Source of the DNA: Octopus sinensis
Lineage: Eukaryota
Direction: 5' to 3'
Assembly: GCF_006345805.1 (NCBI RefSeq)
Contig: NC_043015.1
Coordinates: 4,960,001 to 5,024,000 of the forward strand
DNA length: 64,000 nucleotides
In this document: piece after piece, positions 24,556 to 36,910 of the stretch
Layout: each line of letters begins with the position of its first letter
How positions within the stretch are numbered: position 1 is the first letter of the stretch
Translations under genes and position numbers: made by a program
Notes under the pieces: model-generated
Databases searched by the model: none
The model's input: only the letters and a program-made list of their open reading frames with translations
Told to the model about the DNA's origin: nothing

Positions 24556-26235
24556 TAGCATACTTCATTTGCAGGAATGAACAACTTGTAATAATTTAAC
24601 TAATCGGCGTATGAAACATTTTTACTACACTGCCTGATGTCCATCAATCTTTCTTTCTTTCTTTCATTTTTCATTTATTTATATATTTATTTATTTATTT
24701 GTTACTTAATTTTACGGGAACTTATTGTCTACCGGAGATATTTCTATGATCCAAAACATTTTTTTTTATAAAATAAACAATGGAATTAATTAATGTTCAT
24801 CGTAGAAATTATGCTTGACATGGCAGTATTACTGTACGCACTCAGGTATGATATGGGAAACAAATGACAAAGGCAAACACGCAGAAGATTAAATGGTAAC
24901 GGTCAGAAGCCAAAATAAGCATCCTCCACCTAGCAAATTTAGATCCATTAGCAGTGAACTGTTTCGAATCGTTGATCACATTCATGCATAAATACTAGAA
25001 GCGCATGCAAACGGTTTGTTTTGGGCATTTCTAAACGTAAATCAGGGTTTGTTCTGTAAATGTTCTCAATGTATCGAATAAATGACGAGGAATGTATCCA
25101 ATGGATGGTGTGAAACTGTTAATGCTAGTGTTATTACGGTAATGTTCACCACTATATTTTACTTGCATGGTGTCGTGAATAAATTGCTTAACACAATTTC
25201 TTTCAGAACGTTGCGATGAAAATATCGCCGGCATAGTGCACATCGTATTAAGAATGCCTCGGTAGATCGTGGTATATGGTGCAAATGAGGAGGTAGCAGC
25301 ACGATTTGATATCATCAGTTATATTCTTTATCAAATTCAGTCAACAAATATTTGGTAGAAAAGGGAGAATCCCCAAACGAATATTACAGATTTCTCAGCC
25401 AGATAATTACATAATAGATATATTTTGGAAAATCCTAGATAACAAACAGAAACGGACATACAAACATAGGTATACACGTGCACAGAATATTCAAAATCTG
25501 CTACTAATCTTTATTCCGAGAGAAAGACAAATTTAGACTTAGTGAATACATAAAATCTGCTACTCACCTTTATTCAGACACAAGCACAAGCTTAGACATA
25601 GTAAATGAAATATCAGGTGAAGTTATTGTAATGGAGAGTATTTTTGAAATGCTGATTTCGACATTCCCCAATTCCCTGAATCTTGACACTTGAGAAAAGA
25701 GAAGACATCTAGACCTTAAGCTTACTCGGTCACAGAAAAAAAAACACATATATAATTTACTTTCCATTGAATATTTTTAAATATCCTATAGCCATATTTA
25801 TCTTTGAAGATCGCAACACTGATTCACCTCCACCCACTCAAACTGAATCGTTACTCTATGTTGCAGGCTTACATAAAAGGCATAAGCATGCTTTCTTATC
25901 TACTGTTGATATTAGCAACATGTTACTTGTATCAGTTGGTTGAAGGCTTAATACGAAGTTCAAGGAGAAAGCGAAAAAACTGAAGAGCACAAATTCATAT
26001 CTGCTAATGACATTAGCAAATGCTTCAAAGGCAACCACTCCCTAATCACAATTTCAAACACGACATGACAATAGACAAGCTACCGTTATATTAAATCATA
26101 AATTTAGCAAAGGTGTGGTACAGGGATTCATTATTTCATGACAATGCTAATCTTTGAGAGCTACACACATCTCCATAAGCAATATTAGACCTTAAGCAAT
26201 ATTAAATAACCTTAAGCCATATTGAATATGCAGGC

Positions 26236-26592
26236 AGGGCAGCGATCTAACAGAGTCGTTGTAACACGGGGAAACATTTTAGCGCCATTTCGTTCGTCGT
26301 TACATTCTGAGTTCAATTTCCGTCGATGCCGACTTTGTCAATCATCTTTTCGGGGACGATAGAATGCGTACAAATTGAGTAACTAGTGCCAATGTAAGCG
26401 ACTGGCACCTTTCTCCGAAACGGCAGGCTCTGTGCAAAAATTTGAAGCCAGTATTAAATACACAGATAGGGTGGAGAGATGGCAGAGCCGTTAACACGCT
26501 ACGCAAAATTCTGAGCGGCATTTCATCCGTCTGTAAGATCGGAGATTTAATTCCTCTGAGGTCGACTTCTGTCAGAATTTGAAACCAATATT
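26236..26592 (+). mobile_element. Two tandem degenerate family A SINEs
   Basis: Heads at ~26236 and ~26468, with CATTTCGTTCGTCGTTACATTCTGAGTTCAA and GAGGTCGACTT remnants. Confidence 0.7.
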
Positions 26593-27089
26593 AGATATAC
26601 ACATAACATCACACTACTTGGAAGATATCTTCGTACAATACTTTATCGAACAACTTCAAATATCTATTGAATATAACGTTAGAATGAAGTCAATCTATAA
26701 ACATTAATAGAAACGAAGGAAAGCCGATATATAGTATGTTCGGCGTTGTGAAACCTGATCCCATTCTCTGTCAGGTACCAAAGTTGTCGACTTCTTTGAA
26801 CGATAAAAAAAAGTCAGTGAAATAAGAAAAGAGACGAGAATCGACCAAATATTTATGAAGTCTTAAAAGATGAAACGCATTGACAATCTTGTCCAGATTT
26901 AAAATCAAGGTCACAGAGAAAGTGCATACACATGCTGTAAGATTTTAGCTACCTCACGAATGAAAAACAGGGACGTAACCTGGTGACATACAGTCCCATT
27001 GCATTTTACACAATACCTTCTTTTGCGTATATTTTTCTATATCCAACAACACAAAATAATGTCACTAGCAAATACAAACTGCTATAAAA

Positions 27090-27740
27090 AATGTCTCGAA
27101 CTAGTTAGGTTTAATAATAAGATATTTACCTAAATTTTAACATCATTTCCTTCGAAATAGTCACCTTGCACAGCATTTCGCCGAATGCGAAGTGGAAGTA
27201 TTTATCCCGTAAGCGAGGCGAAGACCTTCTGCGATCCGGTCAGGTTTTCGACAACGGTGTGAAAACAGCGACCTTTGAAATGCATTTTTATCTTGGGGAC
27301 GTGATGGAAGTCGGCAGATGCTAAATCTGACTAATATGCTAAACCTGGCTAATTGGATGGGTTCGGAATCAATACCATTTTGTTTTTGGCGAGAAACTCG
27401 CTCGTGAAGATGGATCGATGAATAATCCGGTTCTTCGTGCTCCAATCTGGTCTTTATTGCAGAATGCTTTCCCCAAAAATCTTCAAATGTTTGCAGTAGA
27501 ATACTCGATCGATGGTCTGGCCCTGGGTTTGAACTCACGATACACAATACCACATTTCTGGACTAGATGCACGTGGCAGTTGTTCCAGATCTCACATCGT
27601 TTCCCAATGAGGTTCTTCCGATTTTGAAACACCCATGCCACTCAAATAATTGCGTACAACCACTTACCACATGGCCGTAATCTTGCCGAAGCCAAATTCC
27701 ATGCTAGCGTTTTGTTCCTGTCCATGAGAAAATTGCAGAC
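27090..27740 (-). mobile_element. Decayed mariner, C-terminal catalytic half
   Basis: The minus strand gives VYREF...QGQTI, SDLASADFH...PKIKMHFKGRCF and QGDYFEG. Confidence 0.78.
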
Positions 27741-27744
27741 TATA

Positions 27745-28010
27745 GCATACACGTGATCACAGAATAACAGATTTCACATCTTGCGAAGTAAACACAGCAA
27801 TTCACTCGGCACTGAATTGATTTTAAATATATTTTATATGATGTTCTTTCACAAGTTGTGTGTGTGTGGGGGGGGTGTATCGAATATCCTTTATTAGTCA
27901 TGTGCACAATTCCAATTCGTAATGTTTTCCTTAATTTACGTAAATGAAGCTTCTTTTCCCCCAGATTTGAGTTTGTCACTCCACAGGTTGAATAATTCAG
28001 CTATTAGTTT
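27745..28010 (-). repeat. Unclassified repeat, copy 2 (inverted relative to 24318-24555)
   Basis: See copy 1; the translated ORFs 24344..24580 and 27740..27979 are visibly homologous. Confidence 0.8.
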
Positions 28011-28489
28011 AGGTTTATCAAGGTCACTGCTAGCACTCACTGCGCACACAACTGTGTGATTCCATATGTTGGGGCACAAGCCCTGCAATTTCGGGGGAGA
28101 AATTACACCGATCCCAATACTCTACTGGTAATTCTTGTATCGACTTCGAACGATCATATAAACTTGCTGCCAATTGTTTTCAAGAAGAAAAGTTATTCAA
28201 TGTGGTAGAACTAGAAGACTTCCATCAGAATGCAAAACGGATGGTCAAGGCAGACTCGCATTGATCATTCATGTTCTAAATCTGATGCAGCTTGAAAAAA
28301 AAATAAACAAGAGAGATCCCAGATCAGATTATGTACGTCTTATATGATAGTTATAAACAATAAATATTATGTATATGCCAGTAAGAATTTGGAAATATTC
28401 CATCGTTTTGGTAGGTTCGTGTTTGGGGCAGAGAGAATGGAAGGTATGGAGATGGCTGGTTTGTTACTCAGTCTTCATGATACATACGT

Positions 28490-28770
28490 AGGCACACACA
28501 CACACATACATATATATATTTATATGTGTGTGTGTGTGTGTGTGTGTGTTTGCAAACATTGATATATACACATACATATGCACATAGATACATTTATACA
28601 TATATATATATATATATATTTGTAATTATACATAGATATGTATATGTAAAGATATATATATATATATATATATATTTGTACATACATACACTTATTATAG
28701 ACGTGCATATATTACACTCACACACCCGTGCATTTATGTGTGTGTTTGTATGTGAATGCATGTAAGTATG
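28490..28770. repeat. (CA)n/(TA)n/(TG)n microsatellite
   Basis: Visible directly. Confidence 0.9.
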
Positions 28771-31140
28771 TATTCATATAATCCATCGAGTGGTGAGTTT
28801 AGCTTCAGAAAAGACACATTCAGTTTTATGTAGTTGGGTACATCTCTGCAATCCTATTGAAAGTATAGATCAATATTTACGGCTGGGTAAATAACTAATC
28901 TACAATTTACTCAATATGCAATTCACGAATATAGCGTACCGACCATCGAAATGTTTCGAAATTCCCCTTGAGATTTTCGGAAGATATATTGTCTATGGGT
29001 ATAGCTTTTGCCATACACAAGTCAAACTATGAAAAATGTTGTTCTTTTAAACACAGAATTTAAAACACTAATCATGAAATGTATTTCACTTTGGTATTCC
29101 CTTTTGTTTGTTGACAAAGAACTTTTCTATAGTTATAAAATCCAATGTACCTTTTCACTTTTATGATAGTACATACGGTTTTAGGAATAACTGTGTGCTG
29201 AGTTTTGCGGATTATCCATTCTGAGATTCCAGATCGTCTCTCGGGGCAAACATACAGCCTATGTCACACAAGATGTTTATAACTGATGGGCAAATACTTT
29301 AGCCGGTAAAGTTTATATTGTACATCCATAATTCGGCTTGTCACGGCCACATATTCGGTCATCGAGTCGTCTTGTCATTGAAACTCCATTTCTGTTTGTA
29401 TATACGGTTGTTGAAAGGGAGATTCATTTGGTTCTTCATCAAAGTCTTGTGAGACAATATCGATGGTTCCTCTTTAGTTCGATAGCATTGCATACGTTAA
29501 GATTGGGATACTGTTTTGCTGGTGTCTATTTTTATTTTGACTTGTTGTTATTCGTTAAATTATATTTTCCTAATTTATTTCACTACATGCTATATTTCAA
29601 CCTGCACCGGAACGGCCTGATTACAAATTATTTTCCCCTAAAACTAAACCCTTTTTTTGATGTGAAATAATCAAGTGTATATCACCATTACTCTGATATA
29701 AACAATATATCAAAATATTTTTCAACACTATCCAACACATTTTGTTTTATTGACATCGGCCATCATATCATAACTCATTCAGAATCCAGAAGTTTACAAT
29801 ACAATTTAATTTAGTAAAGTATATTGAATATCGGGATACCCTAACATTAGCCTAACATGGAATTCAAAGCAAATGTAAATGTCATTTTCCCCATGTTCCA
29901 CGGAATGTGGTTTCTACAGATCAAAGACTAGCTTCCTACTCACAAAGCTTATATAAATTTCATATTTCAAATTTTGTCCTCAGCCCTTTCAAGACGACAC
30001 ATGTCATGAAATATATCTCAATATATTACTGAAGTTTCCTTATAGATTTACCTATTTAATAAAGAAGATATATTCATTTTCTGTTGATGTAACACCCACC
30101 ACAATTTCTTTTGATTTGCGTTTTATATGTCCGGGTATATGTAACTCCATATAGTCCCTTTAAATATATTCCTGTGATGGCATCCTTTGTGTTACTTATC
30201 CTATACTTTTCTGTGTTAGGGAAAATATGCTCGTATCCCGGTTCTCTCAAGTGTTATTACAGTTGATGTTATTTTAGAACGTATACTCATAAAGATGGAT
30301 GTCTTTATCTGCTTGTGTATGCGTTTCTTCACCATAATGTTCTTATTAATATTTCTGTAAATTTTGGAAATACTTATACTCCTATATGTTGAAAAAACCG
30401 TTATACTGTTCAACTTCTTTTGAAAGAAATCTGATTTGAAATTTCGTATTAGCGTCCTATGTAGTTCTAGTTAAAATATATTCCTCTGTAAACGTAGAAA
30501 AAGTATGATCCAGATATTTCTTACTCTACAATTATCCTTCTAGTCTGATTTTGTAAGGTAATAATATACTGAATGCCAGAAATTGAACTCACATTAGATG
30601 GAACACACACAATTGTGCAAATACCGCTGTATCCATAAACTGATTTTCACAGACATTTTATAGGAAGAAATCGTTCAGAGGTATTATGTAACCGCAGATT
30701 CTCCTATGACGAGATCATGCAATCTTATTTACTGCTATGATTCAGGAAGGATGAAAGACACATTTTGAAGCATTCCAAATTACGAATACCATAACTAAAT
30801 ACATTTACGTGTAGTGCTTCTAAAACGTCTATTTTTCAATAGTCAACTATTCTTATAGAATCAGATGAGAAATAGGGAATGTGACATCGCATGCTTAATA
30901 TGTAATATTTCATATTTTATCCTTTTTAAGATATTGTTTAACCCACTTAGAATGTATTTAGATCCCAGACATCGAAGCACTGAAATTCTTTTATGAATAT
31001 GGTGAAATACAATTGAACCATTACGTGCCTAAAAGTTAAACATGTTTTACGTGATGACTTATTTGCAAAAAAAAAAAAAAATCTTTATAAATGCTTTGAA
31101 AACGTTTGAAGACAGAAAGTTTTTGCATTATATTCCTAAG

Positions 31141-31227
31141 ATTATTCGACCATCATTCAAACAAGAATGAAAGGAAAATATGACAGGTTTCCATGATGAA
31201 CAACATTCTTCCATGGATTCCAACAAT
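31141..31227 (+). other. Candidate 87-nt spliced exon, possibly containing a start codon
   Basis: Acceptor TTTTTGCATTATATTCCTAAG and consensus donor GTAAGT. All three frames contain a stop, and an ATG at 31180 is open to the donor. Confidence 0.3.
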
Positions 31228-31711
31228 GTAAGTAGAACTTGTATCATCTGCCAACGAAGTGTATGCATATTATTCCATTTGTCTCGGCTAATTCTGTGCA
31301 AAAGTGTTGTTGTTGATATCAATCATATAAATATTAACATAAACGATTTGGAATTTATTGTACCATATATTCTTCAATAATAAAACATGTCTTTTAATAT
31401 TTTCTCTTCGGTTGACTATTATTGATTTGTACATAGCTGGTGTATTTGCTGTAAATTCTTAAACCGATTTTCTAGAACCGAAGAAAAGCTTGGAGCTTTT
31501 ACTACGTAAAATTATATTGATAAGTATCTCGAAATTGAAACTAAAATTTCATGTAAAGATTAAAAGGCTTAGTTATTCAACAAATCTATATAAAAATATT
31601 TTGTGTATATTTTCGCATTCAAAACTATTGCACTGATATTACAAAGCAATAACAAAAATATTAAAACATAATAAAAAATATTTGTTTATTTATAGAGGCG
31701 AAAAACAAAGG

Positions 31712-32083
31712 CAGACAATGGGATTAAGTCGATTCCATCAACTCCAGTGCGTAACTGGTTCTTATTTAATCGACCCCCGAATGAATGGAAGGCAAAGTCG
31801 ACCTCGGTAGTATTTAAACTCAGAACATAAACGGAATACAAAATACCTATTTCTATTTCTTTACTACCCTGGAGGAGCTAAACACAGAGAAGACAAACAA
31901 GGACAGACAAACTGATTCGGTCGATTATATCGAACCAGTACGCAACTGCTACATAATTTGTCGATCCCGAAAGGATGAAAGGCGAAGTCGATCTCGGCGG
32001 ATTTTGAACTCAGAACATAACGGCTTACAAAATGCCGCTAATCATTTCGCCCGGCATGCTAATGATTCTGCCATCTCGCTGCC
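31712..32083 (-). mobile_element. Two tandem family A SINEs (one 5'-clipped, one near full length)
   Basis: Two successive cores (GAAGGCAAAGTCGACCTCGG and GAAAGGCGAAGTCGATCTCGG) with AACTCAGAAC, and a head ending ...CTGCCATCTCGCTGCCC. Confidence 0.88.
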
Positions 32084-32904
32084 CTAATATAAAAATATTA
32101 AAGGGAAAATAATTCTCTGTAATTTATTTTAAAGATGTGATATTCCACATATATACCTCTAATATACGGTGACGTTTGGGTATAAATCTATTCTTAAACA
32201 ATAAATTAAATTGATAATTTATACTGTAAAATCAAAGCCCCGCTTTATTTCAAAGATGACGTATTCTTTAACATTGTTTCTCTTGAATAAGTTATAGAAT
32301 TAACTCTGCACTTCTTTTATTATACACCTTATTTGTCAAACCTACAACATTACTACACAGCTATTTCCACGCCAGAGTTTAACGTGAATTTAAAGTGAAT
32401 TCTCTTTCAGCGTCTTCATAATAGATGCCCTGGTAGTATTCAATATTTTTCAATTCCCCAACATAATATGTAAGAGTAAGAAAATAAAAATACAAAAATA
32501 CGAAAATCGTGAATGCCGGTGAAGCAAAGAACTGTGTTGCATTTTATTCTCCTTCGTTGAAGACATAAATACTTGAGGGACATCGAACAAGTATCGCCTA
32601 AACCTGATGGAAGTGATATGACACTTGTGTGAACAAAATTCGAAATCTTAGAAAAAAGAAAACCAAAAACAACAGAGGATCAGTCCTATTACTCTAAACA
32701 AGAGGAAATAAAACACCTACAACAACGAATTTTTGAACAGGGAGCACAATGTATCCAAATGATTACCTGAAGGTAATTTATCTAACTGTAAAGATAATAG
32801 TGATGATGTTGATGACAATGAGGAGGAAGATGATGGTGATGATGACGATGATGTACATGACGAAGATGATGGCAGAGCACTCTGTGTATAGTCCTTGATA
32901 CAGA

Positions 32905-33070
32905 ATAGACGCAGGAGTGGCTATGTGGTAAGACGCTTACTTACCAACCTCATGGTTCTGGGTTCGGTTCCACTACGTGGCACCTTGGGCAAGTCTCTTC
33001 TACCATAGCCTCGAGTCAACCAAAGCCTTGCGAGTGAATTTGGTAGACGGAAACTGAAAGAAGCCTGTCG

Positions 33071-33141
<71 letters not shown>

Positions 33142-33292
33142 GTATGTGTGTGCGCGTATGTGTATGTGTCTGTTTTTTAACCCCCAACAACGCTTGACAA
33201 CAGATGCTGGAGTGTTTAAGTCCATGTATCTTAGCGGTTCGGCAAGAGAGGCCGATAGAATAAGTACTAGGCTTACAGACAATATAGGTCCC
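32905..33292 (+). mobile_element. Family B SINE, 3'-clipped
   Basis: Head GCAGGAGTGGCTATGTGGTAAG, CACCTTGGGCAAGTC motif and internal microsatellite. Confidence 0.92.
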
Positions 33293-33584
33293 TCTTGCCG
33301 AACCGCTAAGTTACAGAGACGTAAACACACCAACATCAATTGCCAATCGATGTCGGACACAGACACACACACACGCACTCATATATATATATATACGACG
33401 GGCTTCTTTCTGTTTCCGTCTACCAAATCCACTCACAAAGCTTTGGTCGGACCGAGGCTATAGTAGAAGACACTTGCCCAAGTTGCCATGCAGTGGGTCT
33501 GAACCCGGAACCATGTGGTTTGTAAGCAGGAAAGCTACTTATCACACAGTCACTCCTGCGCCTATGAGCCACTCCTGCGCCTAT
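33293..33584 (-). mobile_element. Family B SINE, 3'-clipped, tail-to-tail with the previous copy
   Basis: Reverse complement of the family B head and body. The 15-bp head end CACTCCTGCGCCTAT is duplicated at 33551-33565 and 33570-33584. Confidence 0.92.
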
Positions 33585-34210
33585 AACGTTTTTGTTATTA
33601 TTGTTGCTGTTGTCGCTTCTGTTGCTACCGCTGTTCCATTTACCAACTCAACTATTACTACCGCTGATAAAGCCTTTTTTACTGTATCTGATTTAAGCTG
33701 ATATTTCTGTGGTCGACTTGTCGTTCTCTGTTGCGGAACTGCTACTAACATTGGTTAAGTTACAGATATTTTTGTTTCAATTACTGTTGTTATGTTTGTT
33801 GCTTTCTTCTTTATGTTAATCTCGCAAAATCTGCTACAACTACCAGGTTTCTGAAGTTTGAATTCAAGGAAGAGAAAGCGCTGTAACTAGGTGACATAAT
33901 CGCTCTTTAGTCAATTTACATACTGATGTAGATGTCTGTTTTAGTGGCACTGTGTTTATAAACAAATGGCTGTGTAGATTATGGAGAATTCTTCTGACAA
34001 GAATGATACTACTCAGGGCTTTTAAGCACTTTCAACGTTTTCACAAAGTGACAGATAACTCTTTTCCTTAAGATATGCATATTATAAAATGTTTTTTAAA
34101 AAAAAACAGACATTTAGTTGATGAAGGGAAACTCATGTAATAAACGATGATGATGACGATGATGATGTTAAGTATAATGCTAATTATAATGACGCTAGCA
34201 GCATCACAGT

Positions 34211-34840
34211 ACCAAAGAAAGTTAGTTTAACGTTTATTCTCCCTCTTTTCCTTTGTTTATCGTCTTCAAATATTCCTACCAAGCTACGCCAAATAAAGTC
34301 ACTTAAACATTTCTTACCTCGCTTTTCTTATTTCTATTTTTTTTTTCTTGTTTATCTTCTTCGGATATTCCTTCGTATCTACTCTAATGAAAAGACGTCT
34401 TTGCCATGAGGCTAGCAAGCACAACGCCAAATAAAGACGGCTAAAAATATCTTCTCCCACTTTTCCTTTTTTTTTTCATTATCTTCTTCAAAGATTCCTA
34501 CCTAGCTACGCCAAAGAAAGCCTGTTAAAAATTTCTTCACCTTACATTCTTGATTTTTTTTCCTTTTTTATCTTCTTCAAAAATACTTCCCTAGCTTCTC
34601 TAATGAAAAGACGGCTTTGCCATGAGGCTAGCAACACAACGCCGAAGAAAATCAGTAAACATTTCTTCTCCTTCTTTCCCCTTTTTCTTATTTACCTTCT
34701 TCAAATATGCCTACCTACCTACACTATAGAAAATCAGTCAAAAATTTATTTTCTCTCTTTTCACTTTTTTTTTATTATCTTCAAATATTCCGACCTAGCT
34801 ACTCTAATGAGAAGACGGGTTGCCGTGAGGCCGATGCAAC
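34211..34840 (+). repeat. Higher-order tandem repeat: three ~210-bp dimers of alternating short and long monomers
   Basis: Six monomers start with ACGCCAAA(T/G)AAA-like sequence and contain T-rich ...TCTTCAAATATTCC(T/G)ACCTAGCT. Every second one adds CTCTAATGAAAAGACG...TTGCCATGAGGC. Confidence 0.8.
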
Positions 34841-34929
34841 CATTCTCTCACCCACTCTTCACGATATCCAAACTGGGGGCGAGGAAATTATTCATTTCTC
34901 TCTCTCTTTCTTTTCCTCTTTCTCTCCTC

Positions 34930-35420
34930 TTTTTAAGATTATTTTTATGGGCAGAACGTCGATGACTAAACCGGCAGACCCGCAGAACATGCTCTGTGAG
35001 GAGGGTATATGATTCTTTCTATGTTGGCACCATACAGGAAGAAAAACCAGACCTGTATAAAGGCTAATGAACTCTTACAAGGCAACGGCCACCTAAATAG
35101 TATATACCTAAGAGGCAGAAGCAATCATAACGCTTGAATACCCGTTGAAGGGGACGAAATCTCTAAAAGGTAAAGCAGGATTACAGGAATCTTATACCCT
35201 TTGGTGGATTTCCTGTCAGTGATGGTGTCACGGTAAAATAACACTGGTGGTTGTGAACCTAAAATTCACTAACCTTCACCATGAGTGATGAAATGTCAAA
35301 TAAAATCAGAAATAAGAATGGCGTGGTTGAGGCTGGAACAACTTGTCATGGTCTCTCGCCCGGCAGTTGCCCCACGGGTGAGCAACGTGGGCCCAGTCGT
35401 GATCAAACAACTGCTAAAAG
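34930..35420 (+). mobile_element. Probable 5' end (UTR plus ORF start) of an R4/Dong-like non-LTR element
   Basis: A GC-richer block leads to ATG 35281, MSDEMSNKIRNKNGVVEAGTT...GPSRDQTTAKRRRK, resembling the low-complexity N-termini I recall for this clade. It sits next to a clear R4/Dong 3' fragment. The assignment is recall-based. Confidence 0.45.
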
Positions 35421-35512
35421 AAGAAGAAAAAGAAGAAGAAGAAGAAGAAGAAGAAGAAGAAGAAGAAGAAGAAGAAGAGAAGAAGAAGAAGAAGAAGAAG
35501 AAGAAGAAGAAT
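35418..35512 (+). repeat. (GAA)n trinucleotide tract
   Basis: About 30 GAA units with two interruptions. Confidence 0.95.
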
Positions 35513-35564
35513 GATATAAAAGATGGGCTACAGCAAATATTCTGCTCAATAGTATACATTTGAT

Positions 35565-36800
35565 TGTCAGTTGCTTCACCTTAATCAGTTGAGCATGTCC
35601 CTTTACAATTCTCATTTTCGATGCCTCCTTCTGGAGTTTTCTCTTATCACGTCGTTGCTCTTCGTAACCTGTGATTTCCACTGACCTCCCAGTAAATCAT
35701 TCTTGTCATATTCAGATGGCGTCTTTTGTATTCGTGTTGTGCCACTTCCGATACTACTGGCATCAGTTTTACATTACACTCTCCCATTCAATACAGTCTT
35801 CCCATTTCTTCTTTCAATTCGGTGTAGTTGGTGATTTTTTTCAACCTCATTATTCACAACATTCATGTAATTTTGATTAACTACATCAGTGATCTTTCTA
35901 TAATTGTCTCTTGTTATTTTTGTTATTATTGTTATTCTCAGATACTCTCGGTTATCTGGTCGTCTTGCATCTGACTTGGTCTACTGTATGCTAAAATCAA
36001 AGAGAATTTTGTAATGTTTTTTTTTTTTACCTTTATTCCCACTGATTTGTGTTCATACCGTTTGTCGACTTTCTCGAGGTTTACTTTACCGCAAAACAAC
36101 CAGTGAACATATCTGGCCATATTGTCGTGTCTCCTTTTGTATCCGCGTTGTGCGAACTTACAGCACTCACTAACAATATACTTAAACTTTCCCCCTTCTC
36201 AGAGCACATCTGATGAGTCAGTGCTTTTGTCAATATGATATTTGGAGTAGTTTGTTCTGAGAGCTTGCCATTGAGTGCTGCACACTAATGCCTCAGTGGG
36301 ACCGTTTAAGTCTCATTTTTGCAGCTATTGTCATGTTCTATTCCAATCTCATCTTTATTCTTCTTTTTGCATCTGCTCTCTCTGGTCTTTCATAAAACCC
36401 CGTCCGCCTTCTATCCTCTTTACATACAATCTTGACACATTACACATGGGGTATAGTTCCTTGTTCATTGTAATTAATTTATGTTCTCCGGTCAAAGCAA
36501 CCACCCACGTTTTAATTTCCTCTAATATCATAACGGCCAATTAGATTTGATTATAGCACAAGCCGTGTTCTCCTCATATGCACATTCCTGTACATTTGAT
36601 CTTGTCTTCATTCACCTTATGTCTTTCAATGATACCCAGGTACTTATCCCTTTGTAGTTTCGCCACTTTCCAGCTGAAGCACATGGCTTTTACTAATTTT
36701 CCCCTTCTGAGTATCATTACATCACATTTCTCGGTCCTAAATTCCATGCCAATATCTTTCTTCATAGTTGCCATCAGATTCTCACTTGTTTCTCAGTCTT
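35565..36800 (-). mobile_element. R4/Dong-like (RLE-type) non-LTR retrotransposon fragment
   Basis: Motifs KDIGMEF..EKC (RT), SRLYVKRIEGGRG, QALRTNY..YHIDK, IVSEC.KFAQ.GYKRRHDN.ARYVHW (after the zinc knuckle), ARRPD and KITNYTELK (RLE). A second copy of the KRRH segment lies at ~35565-35765. Confidence 0.85.
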
Positions 36801-36818
36801 CTTCTGCTTCATCTTCTT

Positions 36819-36819
<1 letters not shown>

Positions 36820-36857
<38 letters not shown>

Positions 36858-36910
36858 TTTTTTTTTTTATTATTATTATTATTATCATCATCTTCATCAT
36901 CATCATCATT
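36820..36910. repeat. (TAT)n/(CAT)n microsatellite
   Basis: Visible directly, at the 5' truncation point of the R4/Dong fragment. Confidence 0.9.

Noticed and set aside
25031-25767. 94-aa ORF and a GTGAGT-bounded segment on the minus strand
   Set aside because: No recognisable domain; the bounded segment has stops in all frames and competing plus-strand splice signals.
34211-34840. CRISPR-like or hammerhead-like reading of the array (CTAATGA plus a short stem)
   Set aside because: There are no unique spacers or cas genes and the context is eukaryotic. CTAATGA is followed by GCCA rather than GAAA and there are no stems I or III.
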